A stretch of DNA of 64,000 nt from Ilumatobacteraceae bacterium (GTDB lineage Bacteria > Actinomycetota > Acidimicrobiia > Acidimicrobiales > Ilumatobacteraceae), in assembly GCA_035432905.1 (NCBI GenBank), contig DAORTY010000001.1:20235-84234 (forward strand), written 5' to 3'. The notes below the pieces were generated by a model. That model did no database searches. It worked only from the letters and a program-made list of their open reading frames with translations, and had not been told where the DNA came from. The translations under genes were made by a program, and so were the position numbers. Position 1 is the stretch's first letter, and each line of letters opens with the position of its first letter. This document shows positions 8,368 to 19,757 of the stretch, piece after piece.

Positions 8368-9174
8368 ATGTCGACGATTCAGGCAGAGCCAAAAGTTGGG
8401 GATCGCGCGGGCTGGCGCGCAGTGGCGATGCCCACCGAGCACGGTGGTTGGGGGTTGACGCTGGAGCCCGTGCTGCTCGGTCTGATCGTGGCCTGGTCCG
8501 GTGCCGGTGTCGCACTGGGGATCGCCGCCTTCGCCGCATTCCTGCTGCGTACCCCCGCCAAGCTGGTCGCGGTGGACCTTCGCCGCGACCGATGGCTGGA
8601 CCGTTCGCGCCTCGCACTGCGCATTGCGATCATCGAGGCGCTGGTACTGGCGGCTGCGGTGGCGACTGTGATGGCCCTCGCGGGCTGGCGCTGGCTGCTC
8701 CCCGTGCTGGTCGCCGGGCCGTTGGTGGCGATCGAGCTGTCGTTCGACATTCGCAGCCGTGGTCGCCGGCTGGTTCCCGAGCTGTGCGGTTCGGTGGGCA
8801 TCTCCGCCGTCGCCGCTTCCATCGCGCTCGCCGCGGGCCGCTCGATGGGTCTTGCAATCGGTCTCTGGCTGGTGTTGGCCGCCCGCGCCATCAGCGCCAT
8901 TCCCTTCGTCCGAGTGCAGATCTTCCGCCTGCGTCGCGGTCAGGGGCCCGTGTGGCAGAGCGATCTTGCCCAGGTGGTGGCGCTCGTGATTGCAGTGGTG
9001 GCCGTCGTGGTCGACCGGCGCTTGGTCGCCGGTGCCGCGGGGGTTCTGCTGTTGACACTCGCGCAGTCGGTGTGGGTGCGTCTGGCGCCGATTCCGGCCA
9101 AGCGAGTCGGTATGCGACAGATGTTCATCGGCTTCGCGCTGGTCGCCGTGACGGCTACCGGCGTGCTGTGGTGA
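8368..9174 (+). CDS. YwiC-like integral membrane protein
   Basis: ORF 8011..9174 taken from ATG 8368. The N-terminus is MPTEHGGWGLTLEPVLLGL, followed by about 8 hydrophobic helices. The earlier part of the ORF is antisense to the methyltransferase gene. Confidence 0.55.
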   Translation: MSTIQAEPKVGDRAGWRAVAMPTEHGGWGLTLEPVLLGLIVAWSGAGVALGIAAFAAFLLRTPAKLVAVDLRRDRWLDRSRLALRIAIIEALVLAAAVATVMALAGWRWLLPVLVAGPLVAIELSFDIRSRGRRLVPELCGSVGISAVAASIALAAGRSMGLAIGLWLVLAARAISAIPFVRVQIFRLRRGQGPVWQSDLAQVVALVIAVVAVVVDRRLVAGAAGVLLLTLAQSVWVRLAPIPAKRVGMRQMFIGFALVAVTATGVLW

Positions 9175-9288
9175 CAAGAACCGGTTCGTGGGGGAGCATT
9201 GTCGTATCCGTCACCTTGCGAAGTGGCGATTCTATTTATACAGTGAACGATGGAGATAATACCTGGCTCCGAACTGGAGGAAACGACC

Positions 9289-10410
9289 ATGCAGACGTCA
9301 CTTCACGTAGATGGGGCAAACTGCCCGAACTGCTTCAACGAGACACTCGACGCGCTCGCCACTGTCGACGGCGTACTGTCGGTCCACGGCTCGCTCGACG
9401 GCCCTTGTATCGAGATCGAGCATGAGGGCGCCGACATGGACGTGGTTGCCGCCACCATCCGCAACCGTCTTCACGGCATCGCGATGTACTCCAACGAGGT
9501 TCGAATGGTGCCGCTGGAGTTCGCCGAGCTCCAGGTCTGCGTGCACCATCACCCCGAAGCGCACGCCGCCCGGGCCATGGGTCCGTCCGACCACCACGAC
9601 TCCAACCACCACGACTCCAACCACCACGACTCCAACACGCACGACTCCAACCAGAAAGACTCCAACATGCACGACTCCAACATGCACGACTCCAACATGC
9701 ACGAGATCGTGCCGTCGATGACGCTCGGTGAGATCATCACGCTGCACCCCGCGCTCGCAGTTGATCTCGAGAAGCGTGGTCTCGACTACTGCTGTCATGG
9801 CGCTCGCACGCTTGCAGCGGCAGCGACCGAGGCTGGGCTCGACCCCCAGACCGTGGCCGATGAGCTCTCCGCCGCACGTATCGACGAACCCCCTGCGGCG
9901 TGGGTGTCGCTCGGTGTAGCCGAACTGGTCGATCACATCCAAGACGTGCATCACGGGTACCTGTGGGAGGCACTCCCGCGAATCAGCGCGCTGGTCGACA
10001 AGATCGTCAGTGTCCACGGCGATCGCCACCCGGAGCTCGCCGAGGTGCAGCGCCTCTACAACGAGGTCCGTGCCGATTTCGAGCCACACCTCCTCACCGA
10101 AGAGCAGGTCGTGTTCCCGCTGATCCGCCGGTTCGCCGTCGACCCCTCGCACGCCGACGCACCGGCGATCGCCGAGCAGATCGTCGTGTTGGCTGCCGAG
10201 CACGAGACGGTTGGTGAGCTGCTCGAGGACTTGAACCGGGTCACAGGCGGCTACCAGACCCCCGCCGACGGCTGCGCCACGTACAACGCCTGCTACCTGG
10301 CCCTGGCCGAACTGGAAGCCGACACACACCTGCACATCCACAAGGAGAGCAACGTGCTGTTCCCCGCGGTGCAGGTTCCTGCCGGCCTCTCGACCAGTTC
10401 GGCGCAGTAG
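9289..10410 (+). CDS. Fusion protein: HMA-like CxxC domain + His-rich pentapeptide repeats + full-length RIC (ScdA_N + di-iron hemerythrin; YtfE/ScdA family)
   Basis: ATG 9289 is preceded by GGAGGA. Segments: N-terminal VDGANCPNCFNETLDAL (CxxC in a ferredoxin-like fold context); (H/M/T)HDSN x7; LDYCCHG (ScdA_N); HHGYLWEALP, HLLTEEQVVFPLI, EHETVGELL and HLHIHKESNVLFP (hemerythrin His/Glu ligand motifs). Confidence 0.8.
   Translation: MQTSLHVDGANCPNCFNETLDALATVDGVLSVHGSLDGPCIEIEHEGADMDVVAATIRNRLHGIAMYSNEVRMVPLEFAELQVCVHHHPEAHAARAMGPSDHHDSNHHDSNHHDSNTHDSNQKDSNMHDSNMHDSNMHEIVPSMTLGEIITLHPALAVDLEKRGLDYCCHGARTLAAAATEAGLDPQTVADELSAARIDEPPAAWVSLGVAELVDHIQDVHHGYLWEALPRISALVDKIVSVHGDRHPELAEVQRLYNEVRADFEPHLLTEEQVVFPLIRRFAVDPSHADAPAIAEQIVVLAAEHETVGELLEDLNRVTGGYQTPADGCATYNACYLALAELEADTHLHIHKESNVLFPAVQVPAGLSTSSAQ
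9592..9705 (+). repeat. In-frame 15-nt tandem repeat (7 full units + 1 partial) encoding HHDSN/THDSN/QKDSN/MHDSN
   Basis: The unit (c/a)(a/t)(c/g)CACGACTCCAAC recurs directly in the sequence from 9592 to 9705. Confidence 0.9.
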
Positions 10411-10440
10411 CAGCGGCCGCTGCAGCCGCGCTGGCGAGGG

Positions 10441-10938
10441 TCAGGACCGCAGTGCTGACAGCGTGATGCCGACAGGGATGCTGGCGAGCAGCAGGATCAG
10501 CAGCATCCGATAGGCCAGTAGCAACTGCGGGCGGCTGCTGCCCGACCCTTTGGTGGCGATGACCGACATGACCAGCGCTGCCACCAGTGGGGCGCTGGCG
10601 ATGCCAACGACAACGGTGTTGTTCAGCAACGAGCCGACGATGGTCGCGACGCAGGCCACGTTCCACAGCGCGCATTGGACAGCGGTGAAGCGGAGTGCGG
10701 TGGGCGCTGGGCTGAGGTGGGCTTGGCTGGCGCCGACCCCGATCTGGGCGACACCTGCAACGAGTACGAGGAAGGCCGCGACCCACGAGCCACGATCCCA
10801 GTCGGTAGGGCCGGTGATGGCCGCGACAAGACCCCCGGCCACGATCGATACGCCGCCGGCGACCAGGAGCGGCGATGCCGCCCTCCAGCGCCGGGTGACG
10901 TCTGAGAGCGGGTGCGACGAGGTGGGTCGATCGTCCAT
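10441..10938 (-). CDS. Hypothetical integral membrane protein (about 5 TM)
   Basis: ORF 10441..10995(-) taken from ATG 10938 (MDDRPTSSHPL...), 3 nt after the sufT stop. It may therefore be the last gene of the suf transcription unit. No family recognised. Confidence 0.5.
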   Translation of the reverse strand: MDDRPTSSHPLSDVTRRWRAASPLLVAGGVSIVAGGLVAAITGPTDWDRGSWVAAFLVLVAGVAQIGVGASQAHLSPAPTALRFTAVQCALWNVACVATIVGSLLNNTVVVGIASAPLVAALVMSVIATKGSGSSRPQLLLAYRMLLILLLASIPVGITLSALRS

Positions 10939-10940
10939 TC

Positions 10941-11483
10941 TCAGAGCATGCCGAGTTGAAGGCGTGCTGCCTCGGACATTCGGCCGATGTTCCACTGCGG
11001 CGCCCAGACCAACGTGACGTCGACCTCGTCGACACCAGGAATCATCTCGACGGCGCGGATGGCGTCGGCGCGCAACACGTCACCCATGCCGCAGCCCGGG
11101 GCGGTCATCGTCATGTCGATTTCGATTCGCCGGGTTCCATCCTGTTGGGGCACCTCGTCGCATCGGTACACCAGCCCGAGCTCGATGATGCTCACCGGGA
11201 TCTCCGGGTCGTACACGCTCTGCAGCGCATCGATGACGTGGCTCATCTCGAACTCGCCATTCGTCGCCACGGTCTCGGTTGTCGTCGGCTCCAGCCCGAG
11301 TGCGTCGGCGTCGGCACCGTCGATGCGGAGCAGGGAGCCCATCTCGGTGCGCACGGTGATGCTGCCGCCGAGCCGTTGCACCACCTCCACATGGCCGCCG
11401 GCGTCGAGGAGCACGGTTTCTCCGTACGGCACAGAGGTGGCCGTACATGCACGGGTGAGCTCGATGGGATCCCAACGGCTCAT
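10941..11483 (-). CDS. sufT: SUF-system Fe-S assembly protein, long DUF59/SufT type
   Basis: 180 aa. The C-terminal DUF59 block is VIDALQSVYDPEIPVSIIELGLVY...MTMTAPGCGMGDVL. There is an ATGA overlap with sufD. Confidence 0.7.
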   Translation of the reverse strand: MSRWDPIELTRACTATSVPYGETVLLDAGGHVEVVQRLGGSITVRTEMGSLLRIDGADADALGLEPTTTETVATNGEFEMSHVIDALQSVYDPEIPVSIIELGLVYRCDEVPQQDGTRRIEIDMTMTAPGCGMGDVLRADAIRAVEMIPGVDEVDVTLVWAPQWNIGRMSEAARLQLGML

Positions 11484-12615
11484 GAGGGGTTCCTCGCGGT
11501 GGTTCCGGCAATGATCGTGTCGACGACGGCGGTGACGTGTTCGCGTAGCAAGGGCTGCTCGATGGCGTCGACGATGTCACGTATGAACGCTTCGATGAGC
11601 ATGGTTCGTGCATCTGCCACGGCGATGCCACGGCTGCGCAAATAGAACAGTGCGTCATCGTCGAGGCGTCCGACAGTCGCGCCGTGGGTGCAGCGCACAT
11701 CGTCGGCCAGGATGTTCAGCCAGGGGCGTGTGTCGGCCTCCGCGTTCGGATCGAGCACCAGGTTCCGGTTGGACTGATGAGCGTCCGTGGCAACGGTCCC
11801 CGGTCGCACGATGATCGCACCGCTGAACGAACCGCGTCCGTGATCGTCGACGACGCCGACGAAGCGCTGGTTGCTGTTGCAGTGCGATGCCGCGTGATCG
11901 ACGGTGACTGTCGTGTCGTGACGCTGGCGTCGACCCGTGATGTTGGCGCCGGTGAGCTCGGTCGTGGCATCGGGAGCGTCGAGTTGCACTGTGATTGCAT
12001 TGCGCCCGATATCGGCGCCGACAGTGATCGAGCAATGCCGCAGACGAGAACCTGTTCCCTGCTCGATACGGGTGTCGCCGATGTGCAGCGCAGTCGATGA
12101 CTCGACCTGGACACGACACTGGTCGAGTTCGGCACCTTCGCCGATGCTGATGGCGGTGGAGGCATCGGTCACGGTCGATCCGTCCAGCCCGCAATAGGTC
12201 TCGATGACGGCGGCACGACTGTTGCGACCCAGTTCGATGATGGTGTGCGGATGTGCGATCACGCCATCGGGAGAACCGTCGGCGGGGGCGGCGACGTGGA
12301 CCACGTGTACGGGAATGTCGCAGCGGACACCGTCACCAGCAGCGACGAACGCAACGTCATCACGATCGCCGGCGACGAGACCGGCGGGAAGCTCGTCGAG
12401 CCGGGACAGTTCTGCGGCGAAGAACCCGTTGACGAAAACCAGACGGGGCCCGTCGTACTGACCGGCGAGGCGGTTCACGTCGGCGAGTGACACCTGCGCG
12501 CCCGAGCGTTCGGCGGGGGTCGCCGCGTCGCTACGAGCGTTGACCTCTTCCACGGGCGTGTAGAGCCATGCTTCCTTGGGCGACGTCACGGTGTCGACGA
12601 ATGCACTGCTGGTGT

Positions 12616-12619
<4 letters not shown>
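11480..12619 (-). CDS. sufD: Fe-S cluster assembly protein SufD
   Basis: 379 aa. It sits between sufC and sufT with 4-nt overlaps. The C-terminal block is LADDVRCTHGATVGRLDDDALFYLRSRGI. Confidence 0.85.
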
Positions 12620-14801
<2,182 letters not shown>

Positions 14802-14913
14802 TTGGCTGTCTCCCTCTGCTGCTTCGCACTGCTTCTTCGCAGCTGTTGTTAGGACGCTATTTAATCACAGTGTATGCTAGAAGTATTCGAGAGTCGTTGT
14901 TCGGAGGAACACA

Positions 14914-15342
14914 ATGCGAGACACCCCCCGGCCCGCACCCACGCGTGACCTGGACACAGACGGCGAGATCGACGAGATGGTCCGCCGTTTCTATGCCGAC
15001 GTCACGCAGGACGATCTGCTCGGGCCGATGTTCAACGAGGTGGCACGAGTGGACTGGTCCGAGCACCTCCCGAAACTGGCGTCGTTCTGGCGTCGGGCGC
15101 TGCTCGGCGAGCCGGGTTACCAGGGCAACCCGTTCCGTGCCCACGCGCTCGTCCACGCCCAGCGGGCGTTCACGCCGGCCCACTTCGAGCGTTGGCTGGC
15201 ACTGTTCCACGAGACGCTGGAGCTCGGCTGGGTCGGCCCGTACGCGCAGCGCGCCGCTGACCTCGCCGACAACGTCGCTCGCGTCCACGGTCATCAACTG
15301 CTCGGGCGCAACATCGCCCTCGGTGTGAGCATCGCGAACTGA
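14914..15342 (+). CDS. Group III truncated haemoglobin (globin-coupled small protein)
   Basis: 142 aa. It has EIDEMVRRFYADVTQDDLLGPMF, HLPKLASFWRRALLGEPGYQGNPFRAH and HFERWLALF. It is divergent from sufB across an AT-rich 112-nt region. Confidence 0.75.
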   Translation: MRDTPRPAPTRDLDTDGEIDEMVRRFYADVTQDDLLGPMFNEVARVDWSEHLPKLASFWRRALLGEPGYQGNPFRAHALVHAQRAFTPAHFERWLALFHETLELGWVGPYAQRAADLADNVARVHGHQLLGRNIALGVSIAN

Positions 15343-15353
15343 GCGGCGCGGCG

Positions 15354-16562
15354 ATGAATCAGTCTGCCCCGCTGGACGTTGGCAGTGGCGCACCTGGGCG
15401 CATCGCCGCAGTGCATGCGCAGACCCGACCTGGTTTGTTGGTCGCGGTCGCGTTCACCGTGGTCGCACTCGTCCTTGCGGTGGTCGGTCTCGGCACTGGC
15501 TGGTGGTTGCCGTTGCACGTGTTCGTGGTCGGCGGGTTACTGGGGGCGATCGCGGCAACCACTCAGATGCTTGCGGTCACCTGGTCCACCGCGCCGGCAC
15601 CGCGGCCGGTCGTGGCCGCGGTGCAGCGTTGGGCGCTGGCCGCGGGCGCGGCCGCGCTCGTGATCGGGCGCGAGACCGAACGGACGTGGTTGTTCGTCGC
15701 AGGCGGCATCACCGTGGTCGTCGCCATGCTCGGGCTGGCGGTGATCTTGATCCAGGTTCGTCAGCGCGCTGTCACCGACAGGTTCGCACCCGCGATCGAG
15801 TCGTACGTTGCCGCCGTGGTCATCGGGTCCATCGGTATGTCCATCGGGATACTGCTGGGCACCGGTCACGTCGGAACCCGCATTGCCGAGTTCCGCGCCA
15901 CCCATCTCATTCTCAACGTGTTCGGCCTGGTCGGCCTGATCATCGCCGGCACGTTGCCGTACTTCGCCGCCACGCAGGTGCGCAGCAAGATGTCGCCACG
16001 AGCGACCCCGACAGCACTACGCGCCATGCTTTTCGGCCTGGTCACGGCCACTGCTGTCGCTGCGACCGGCGCATTTCTCGACCGCCCCGGCGTCAGTGCG
16101 GTGGGCCTGTTCGCCTATGTCGTGGGCCTTTTGTCGATCGCCGCGATGCTGCCCGTGTACTCGCGTAAGCGGCTGAAGTGGGCGGGGCCGCGTCTGTTGC
16201 AGTTGATGGCCGGGATCCTGTGGTGGGCAGCCATGGCCGCGGGACTTGCCGTCGTTGGTCGACACGGCACGGACGACAGTCGAGTTCTTCAGGCGCTCGT
16301 GGTCGGCGGTTTCGCCCAGATCTTCGTCGCCTCACTGGCCTACCTCGGTCCGGTCCTGCGTGGCGGTGGTCACCAACGCCTCACGGCTGGCTTCGCGCTC
16401 ACCCGCTCGTGGGTGTCGCTCGTTGCGGGCAACGTGGCGCCCGTGGCCGCTCTTGTCGGCAGCCGGCCGCTCCTGGCCGTTGCGCTCGGCGTCTGGATGA
16501 TCGACATCGTCGCTCGTTCGGCTGTGCTGCTCGCAGGAATCAGGGGCGCTGCCCAGGGGTGA
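15354..16562 (+). CDS. Hypothetical polytopic membrane protein (about 11-12 TM)
   Basis: 402 aa and almost entirely hydrophobic helices. It starts 11 nt after the truncated-globin stop. No family recognised. Confidence 0.55.
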   Translation: MNQSAPLDVGSGAPGRIAAVHAQTRPGLLVAVAFTVVALVLAVVGLGTGWWLPLHVFVVGGLLGAIAATTQMLAVTWSTAPAPRPVVAAVQRWALAAGAAALVIGRETERTWLFVAGGITVVVAMLGLAVILIQVRQRAVTDRFAPAIESYVAAVVIGSIGMSIGILLGTGHVGTRIAEFRATHLILNVFGLVGLIIAGTLPYFAATQVRSKMSPRATPTALRAMLFGLVTATAVAATGAFLDRPGVSAVGLFAYVVGLLSIAAMLPVYSRKRLKWAGPRLLQLMAGILWWAAMAAGLAVVGRHGTDDSRVLQALVVGGFAQIFVASLAYLGPVLRGGGHQRLTAGFALTRSWVSLVAGNVAPVAALVGSRPLLAVALGVWMIDIVARSAVLLAGIRGAAQG

Positions 16563-16570
16563 TGCGGTGC

Positions 16571-17233
16571 TCAGTACCGGTCGTCGAGGAGGTGGGCGTA
16601 GCACGGGGCCTCGCCACCCTGGTCGTCATGATCGGCCGCCGGGCGCGGCGGTGCAGCTTCCTCGGCCAGTCGTGCCAGCCGGCTGAGTGCCCCGAGACCC
16701 CTCGACACATACCCGTCGGGGAACACCACTGTGGGAACGATCGGCTTCGCCAGGCCGAGCCACTCGCCCTGCCACTTCGCGGCGGTCGACGCATCGCTTT
16801 CCTTCGCACCGAGTTGGGCCAGAGCGAACCTGTCGAGGTCGGCGTCTTCGCACCAGTAGGCGTCGAAAAGCCGTGCCCGTAGCGCGGGGCGTTCAGCGAT
16901 AGCGGTGCCTGCATAGGCGGCTGTGGCCAGCTTGGTGTTGGCCTGGACGGTGGGCCGCGTGAGTCGGTCTGACTCGCCGCTGGTGAGCAGACCGCGAATC
17001 TGTTCGATCTCGCTTTGGAGCTCGTCGAGCAACTCGCCGGTCACCTTGTTGCCGGATGGTGGAATGTCCGGGGCATGCTCTACGGCTCGCCAGTCGACAT
17101 GTGCGATGCCGCGGCGCTCGAGGTCACGGACACGACTGCTCGCGAGTGCGCTGAACGGACAGTTGAAGTCGCCGTACACGATGAGCTCGATGGGTTGGTC
17201 GTCCGACACGGCACTCCTCCTTTTGTCTAGCAA
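16571..17233 (-). CDS. DsbA-family thioredoxin-fold protein (CPFS active-site variant)
   Basis: 220 aa. IELIVYGDFNCPFSALASSRV sits at the position of the DsbA/FrnE CxxC motif, here Cys-Pro-Phe-Ser. Confidence 0.6.
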   Translation of the reverse strand: MLDKRRSAVSDDQPIELIVYGDFNCPFSALASSRVRDLERRGIAHVDWRAVEHAPDIPPSGNKVTGELLDELQSEIEQIRGLLTSGESDRLTRPTVQANTKLATAAYAGTAIAERPALRARLFDAYWCEDADLDRFALAQLGAKESDASTAAKWQGEWLGLAKPIVPTVVFPDGYVSRGLGALSRLARLAEEAAPPRPAADHDDQGGEAPCYAHLLDDRY

Positions 17234-17281
17234 GTAATAGAACTATAGACCGCTGCACGTGGCAGGATGGCAGTACTGTTC

Positions 17282-17299
17282 GCTCGTTCGCGAGCGAGC
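17282..17299. promoter_or_regulatory. 18-nt near-perfect palindrome, candidate operator upstream of the NuoF-like gene
   Basis: GCTCGTTCGCGAGCGAGC has 8 of 9 positions complementary. It lies 24 nt upstream of ATG 17323 in the divergent 17234-17322 region. Confidence 0.35.
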
Positions 17300-17322
17300 T
17301 AGGGAGAACTTGAGGATCGCAG

Positions 17323-18777
17323 ATGACAACCTTCCTACTGCCGTCGGAACCGATCGACTCGATCGACGCCTATCTCGCAACCGGTGTCGGCGGCCTCGGA
17401 ATCCGGCGTGCCCACGAACTCGGCCCTACCGCCACGATCGAACTGGTGAAACGGGCGGGCCTTCGCGGTCGAGGTGGCGGTGGCTTCCCGACCGGTCAGA
17501 AGTGGGCGGGCATCGCCACTCAGACCGGCAGCGCCCACTATCTGGTCTGCAACGGCGCCGAGGGTGAGCCGGGCACGTTCAAGGATCGGGCGCTGCTGCG
17601 CGCAAACCCGTATCAACTCGTCGAGGGGGTCGCGATTGCTGCGTTCGCGGTGGGTGCCATCGAAGCGTTCATCTGCCTCAAGGCCAGCTTCGTGCGCGAG
17701 ATCGAGGCGCTGACCCGCGCCGTGCAGGAGTTCCAGTCAGCGGAGCTGTGTGCCGACTGCAAGGTCACCATCGTTGCCGGTCCGGAGGAGTATCTGTTCG
17801 GCGAGGAAAAGGCGATGCTCGAGGTCATCGAGGGCAACGAACCCCTGCCGCGCTGGCTGCCGCCGCACATTCACGGTCTGTTCGCCACGGCGCCGCAGCT
17901 CGGCTGGCAGCCCCACTCCGCCGAGCCCGGTGCCCCGCGTGGCGCGTCCGGTTCGAACCCGACACTGGTCAACAACGTCGAGACGCTCTCCAACGTCCCG
18001 CACATTCTGGTCCGCGGCGCCGATTGGTTCCGCTCCATGGGCACTGCCGAGTCGCCAGGAACGATCGTCACCACCGTCGTGGGCGATGTCATCGCTCCTG
18101 ATGTCGGCGAGGTCGAGATGGGCACCCCGTTGCGAGCGGTGATCGATGCCGTCGGTAGCGGGCTGGCCCCGGGGCGCACGGTGAAGGCGGTGTTCTCCGG
18201 CGTGGCCAATGCGGTTGTGACTGCCGACCACCTCGACGTGCCGGTGAGTTTCGAAGGCTTCGCTGCCATTGGCAGCGGCATGGGTTCTGCAGGGTTCATC
18301 GTGTACGACGACACCACCTGCATGGTCGACACCGCGTATCGATTCTCACGATTCCTGTCGGTCGAGTCGTGCGGCCAGTGCCCACCCTGCAAGCTCGGTT
18401 CGAGCGCGATCACCGAACACCTCGAACGCATCGAACTCGGTGAGGGCAATGCCGGCGATCTCGATGCGATCACTGGCTGGTTGAGTCACGTCACCGACGG
18501 CAACCGCTGCTACCTCGCCGTCGAAGAACAGATCATGGTCACCAGCATCCTGCGTGCCTTCCCCGGCGAGTTCACCGAGCACATCGATCTGGCCAGTTGT
18601 CCGCGCCCCCGACGCCTGCCGATACCGAAGCTGGTCGACCTCGCCGACGGTCGTGCCACCTACGACGAATCGTTCTGGCGTAAACGGCCCGATTGGACCT
18701 ACGCCGACGACGATCACGCCGACGACGATCACCTCGATGACGATCACCTCGATGACGATCAGACCAGGGACCGCTGA
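17323..18777 (+). CDS. NuoF-like NADH-binding FMN/[4Fe-4S] flavoprotein with an acidic His-rich C-terminal repeat tail
   Basis: 484 aa. Motifs: GRGGGGFPTGQKW, YLVCNGAEGEPGTFKDR, ESCGQCPPCKLG (N3-type cluster). The tail is DDDHADDDHLDDDHLDDDQ. No NuoE or NuoG partner is adjacent. Confidence 0.8.
   Translation: MTTFLLPSEPIDSIDAYLATGVGGLGIRRAHELGPTATIELVKRAGLRGRGGGGFPTGQKWAGIATQTGSAHYLVCNGAEGEPGTFKDRALLRANPYQLVEGVAIAAFAVGAIEAFICLKASFVREIEALTRAVQEFQSAELCADCKVTIVAGPEEYLFGEEKAMLEVIEGNEPLPRWLPPHIHGLFATAPQLGWQPHSAEPGAPRGASGSNPTLVNNVETLSNVPHILVRGADWFRSMGTAESPGTIVTTVVGDVIAPDVGEVEMGTPLRAVIDAVGSGLAPGRTVKAVFSGVANAVVTADHLDVPVSFEGFAAIGSGMGSAGFIVYDDTTCMVDTAYRFSRFLSVESCGQCPPCKLGSSAITEHLERIELGEGNAGDLDAITGWLSHVTDGNRCYLAVEEQIMVTSILRAFPGEFTEHIDLASCPRPRRLPIPKLVDLADGRATYDESFWRKRPDWTYADDDHADDDHLDDDHLDDDQTRDR
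18706..18762 (+). repeat. In-frame 15-nt tandem repeat (about 3.8 units) encoding DDDH(A/L)
   Basis: GACGACGATCACGCC / GACGACGATCACCTC / GATGACGATCACCTC / GATGACGATCAG, read directly from the sequence. Confidence 0.85.
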
Positions 18778-18779
18778 CG

Positions 18780-19757
18780 ATGACCACCTCATCGGCAGCC
18801 GGCCCCACCATTTCGACACCACTGACCACGCTGCTCGGCATCCGTCACCCGGTGCTGCTGGCGCCCATGGGCGACACGGCCGGGGGCCAGCTGGCGGCCG
18901 CCGTCTCCGCGGCGGGCGGCCTGGGTCTCATCGGCGGTGGGTACGCCGATCCGCAGTGGTTGGCCACCGAGCTCGCCGCTGCCGGCGATGCTCGCGTCGG
19001 CGTCGGCTTCATCACGTTCGCACTCGACCGCCGGCCGGACTCACTACGCCTGGCGCTCGACACACACCCAGTTGCTGTGCAGCTGTCGTTCGGCGATCCG
19101 CGTCGATACGCCGACGACATCCATGCCGCTGGAGCCCTGCTCATCTGCCAGGTGCAATCACCCGAGGAGATCGAGCTGGCGGTCGCCGCCGGCGCCGATG
19201 TCATCATCGCCCAAGGTCAGGACGCGGGCGGTCATGGCCGTCCAGATCGTGGCACGATCGGGCTGATCCCGTCTGTGGTCGATGCTGTCGCGCCGTTGCC
19301 GGTGGTGGCCGCCGGCGGCATCGCCGACGGTCGCGGTCTCGCCGCGGCTCTCATGTTGGGTGCCTCCGGGGTCACCATGGGTACCCGCTTTCTCGCCTCC
19401 ACCGCTGCTCGATCCAGCCCGGCCGAAGCAGCGGCCCTGGTAGCCGGTCGGGCATCTGACACCGTGAGGACTGACGTTTTCGACATCGTTCGCGGTCCCC
19501 ATTGGCCCGAGGGTCACGACGGTCGCGTGGTGGCCAACGAGTTCACGCAGCACTGGGCTGCCGACCCGGACGTTGCCGATGCTGAACGACGATTTCGTGC
19601 CTCCGCCGCCGATGACTACAGCGTGCGCCCGCTGTGGGCCGGCCAAGGGCTCGACATGATCACGAGTATCCAGTCACCCGCGGCGATCATGGCCGACATC
19701 ATCAGCCAAGCTGTCGGGTGTATCAATGATGTGCGACGAAAGTTGGTGGAGTCATGA
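18780..19757 (+). CDS. Nitronate monooxygenase (NMO / 2-nitropropane dioxygenase-like) FMN enzyme
   Basis: 325 aa. It has LLGIRHPVLLAPMGDTAGGQLAAAVSAAGGLGLIG and GADVIIAQGQDAGGHG. It starts 3 nt after the NuoF-like stop. Confidence 0.8.
   Translation: MTTSSAAGPTISTPLTTLLGIRHPVLLAPMGDTAGGQLAAAVSAAGGLGLIGGGYADPQWLATELAAAGDARVGVGFITFALDRRPDSLRLALDTHPVAVQLSFGDPRRYADDIHAAGALLICQVQSPEEIELAVAAGADVIIAQGQDAGGHGRPDRGTIGLIPSVVDAVAPLPVVAAGGIADGRGLAAALMLGASGVTMGTRFLASTAARSSPAEAAALVAGRASDTVRTDVFDIVRGPHWPEGHDGRVVANEFTQHWAADPDVADAERRFRASAADDYSVRPLWAGQGLDMITSIQSPAAIMADIISQAVGCINDVRRKLVES

Noticed and set aside
7827-9425. 532-aa + strand ORF, together with the 281-aa minus-strand ORF 8332..9177
   Set aside because: They overlap the methyltransferase (antisense), the YwiC-like gene (out of frame or antisense) and an intergenic region. 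Their sequences are Arg/Gly/Pro-rich without motifs.
9592-9705. Tandem direct repeats considered as a possible CRISPR or VNTR locus (also 18706-18762 and 60218-60271)
   Set aside because: The units are only 15-18 nt, directly abutting with no spacers. They are in frame inside well-supported CDSs, where they encode His-rich peptides. They are not CRISPR arrays and are reported as coding repeats instead.
10410-10423. Perfect 14-nt palindrome GCAGCGGCCGCTGC between convergent genes, considered as an intrinsic terminator
   Set aside because: It would give only a 5-bp stem with a 4-nt loop, and no T-tract follows on either strand. This is too weak to call.
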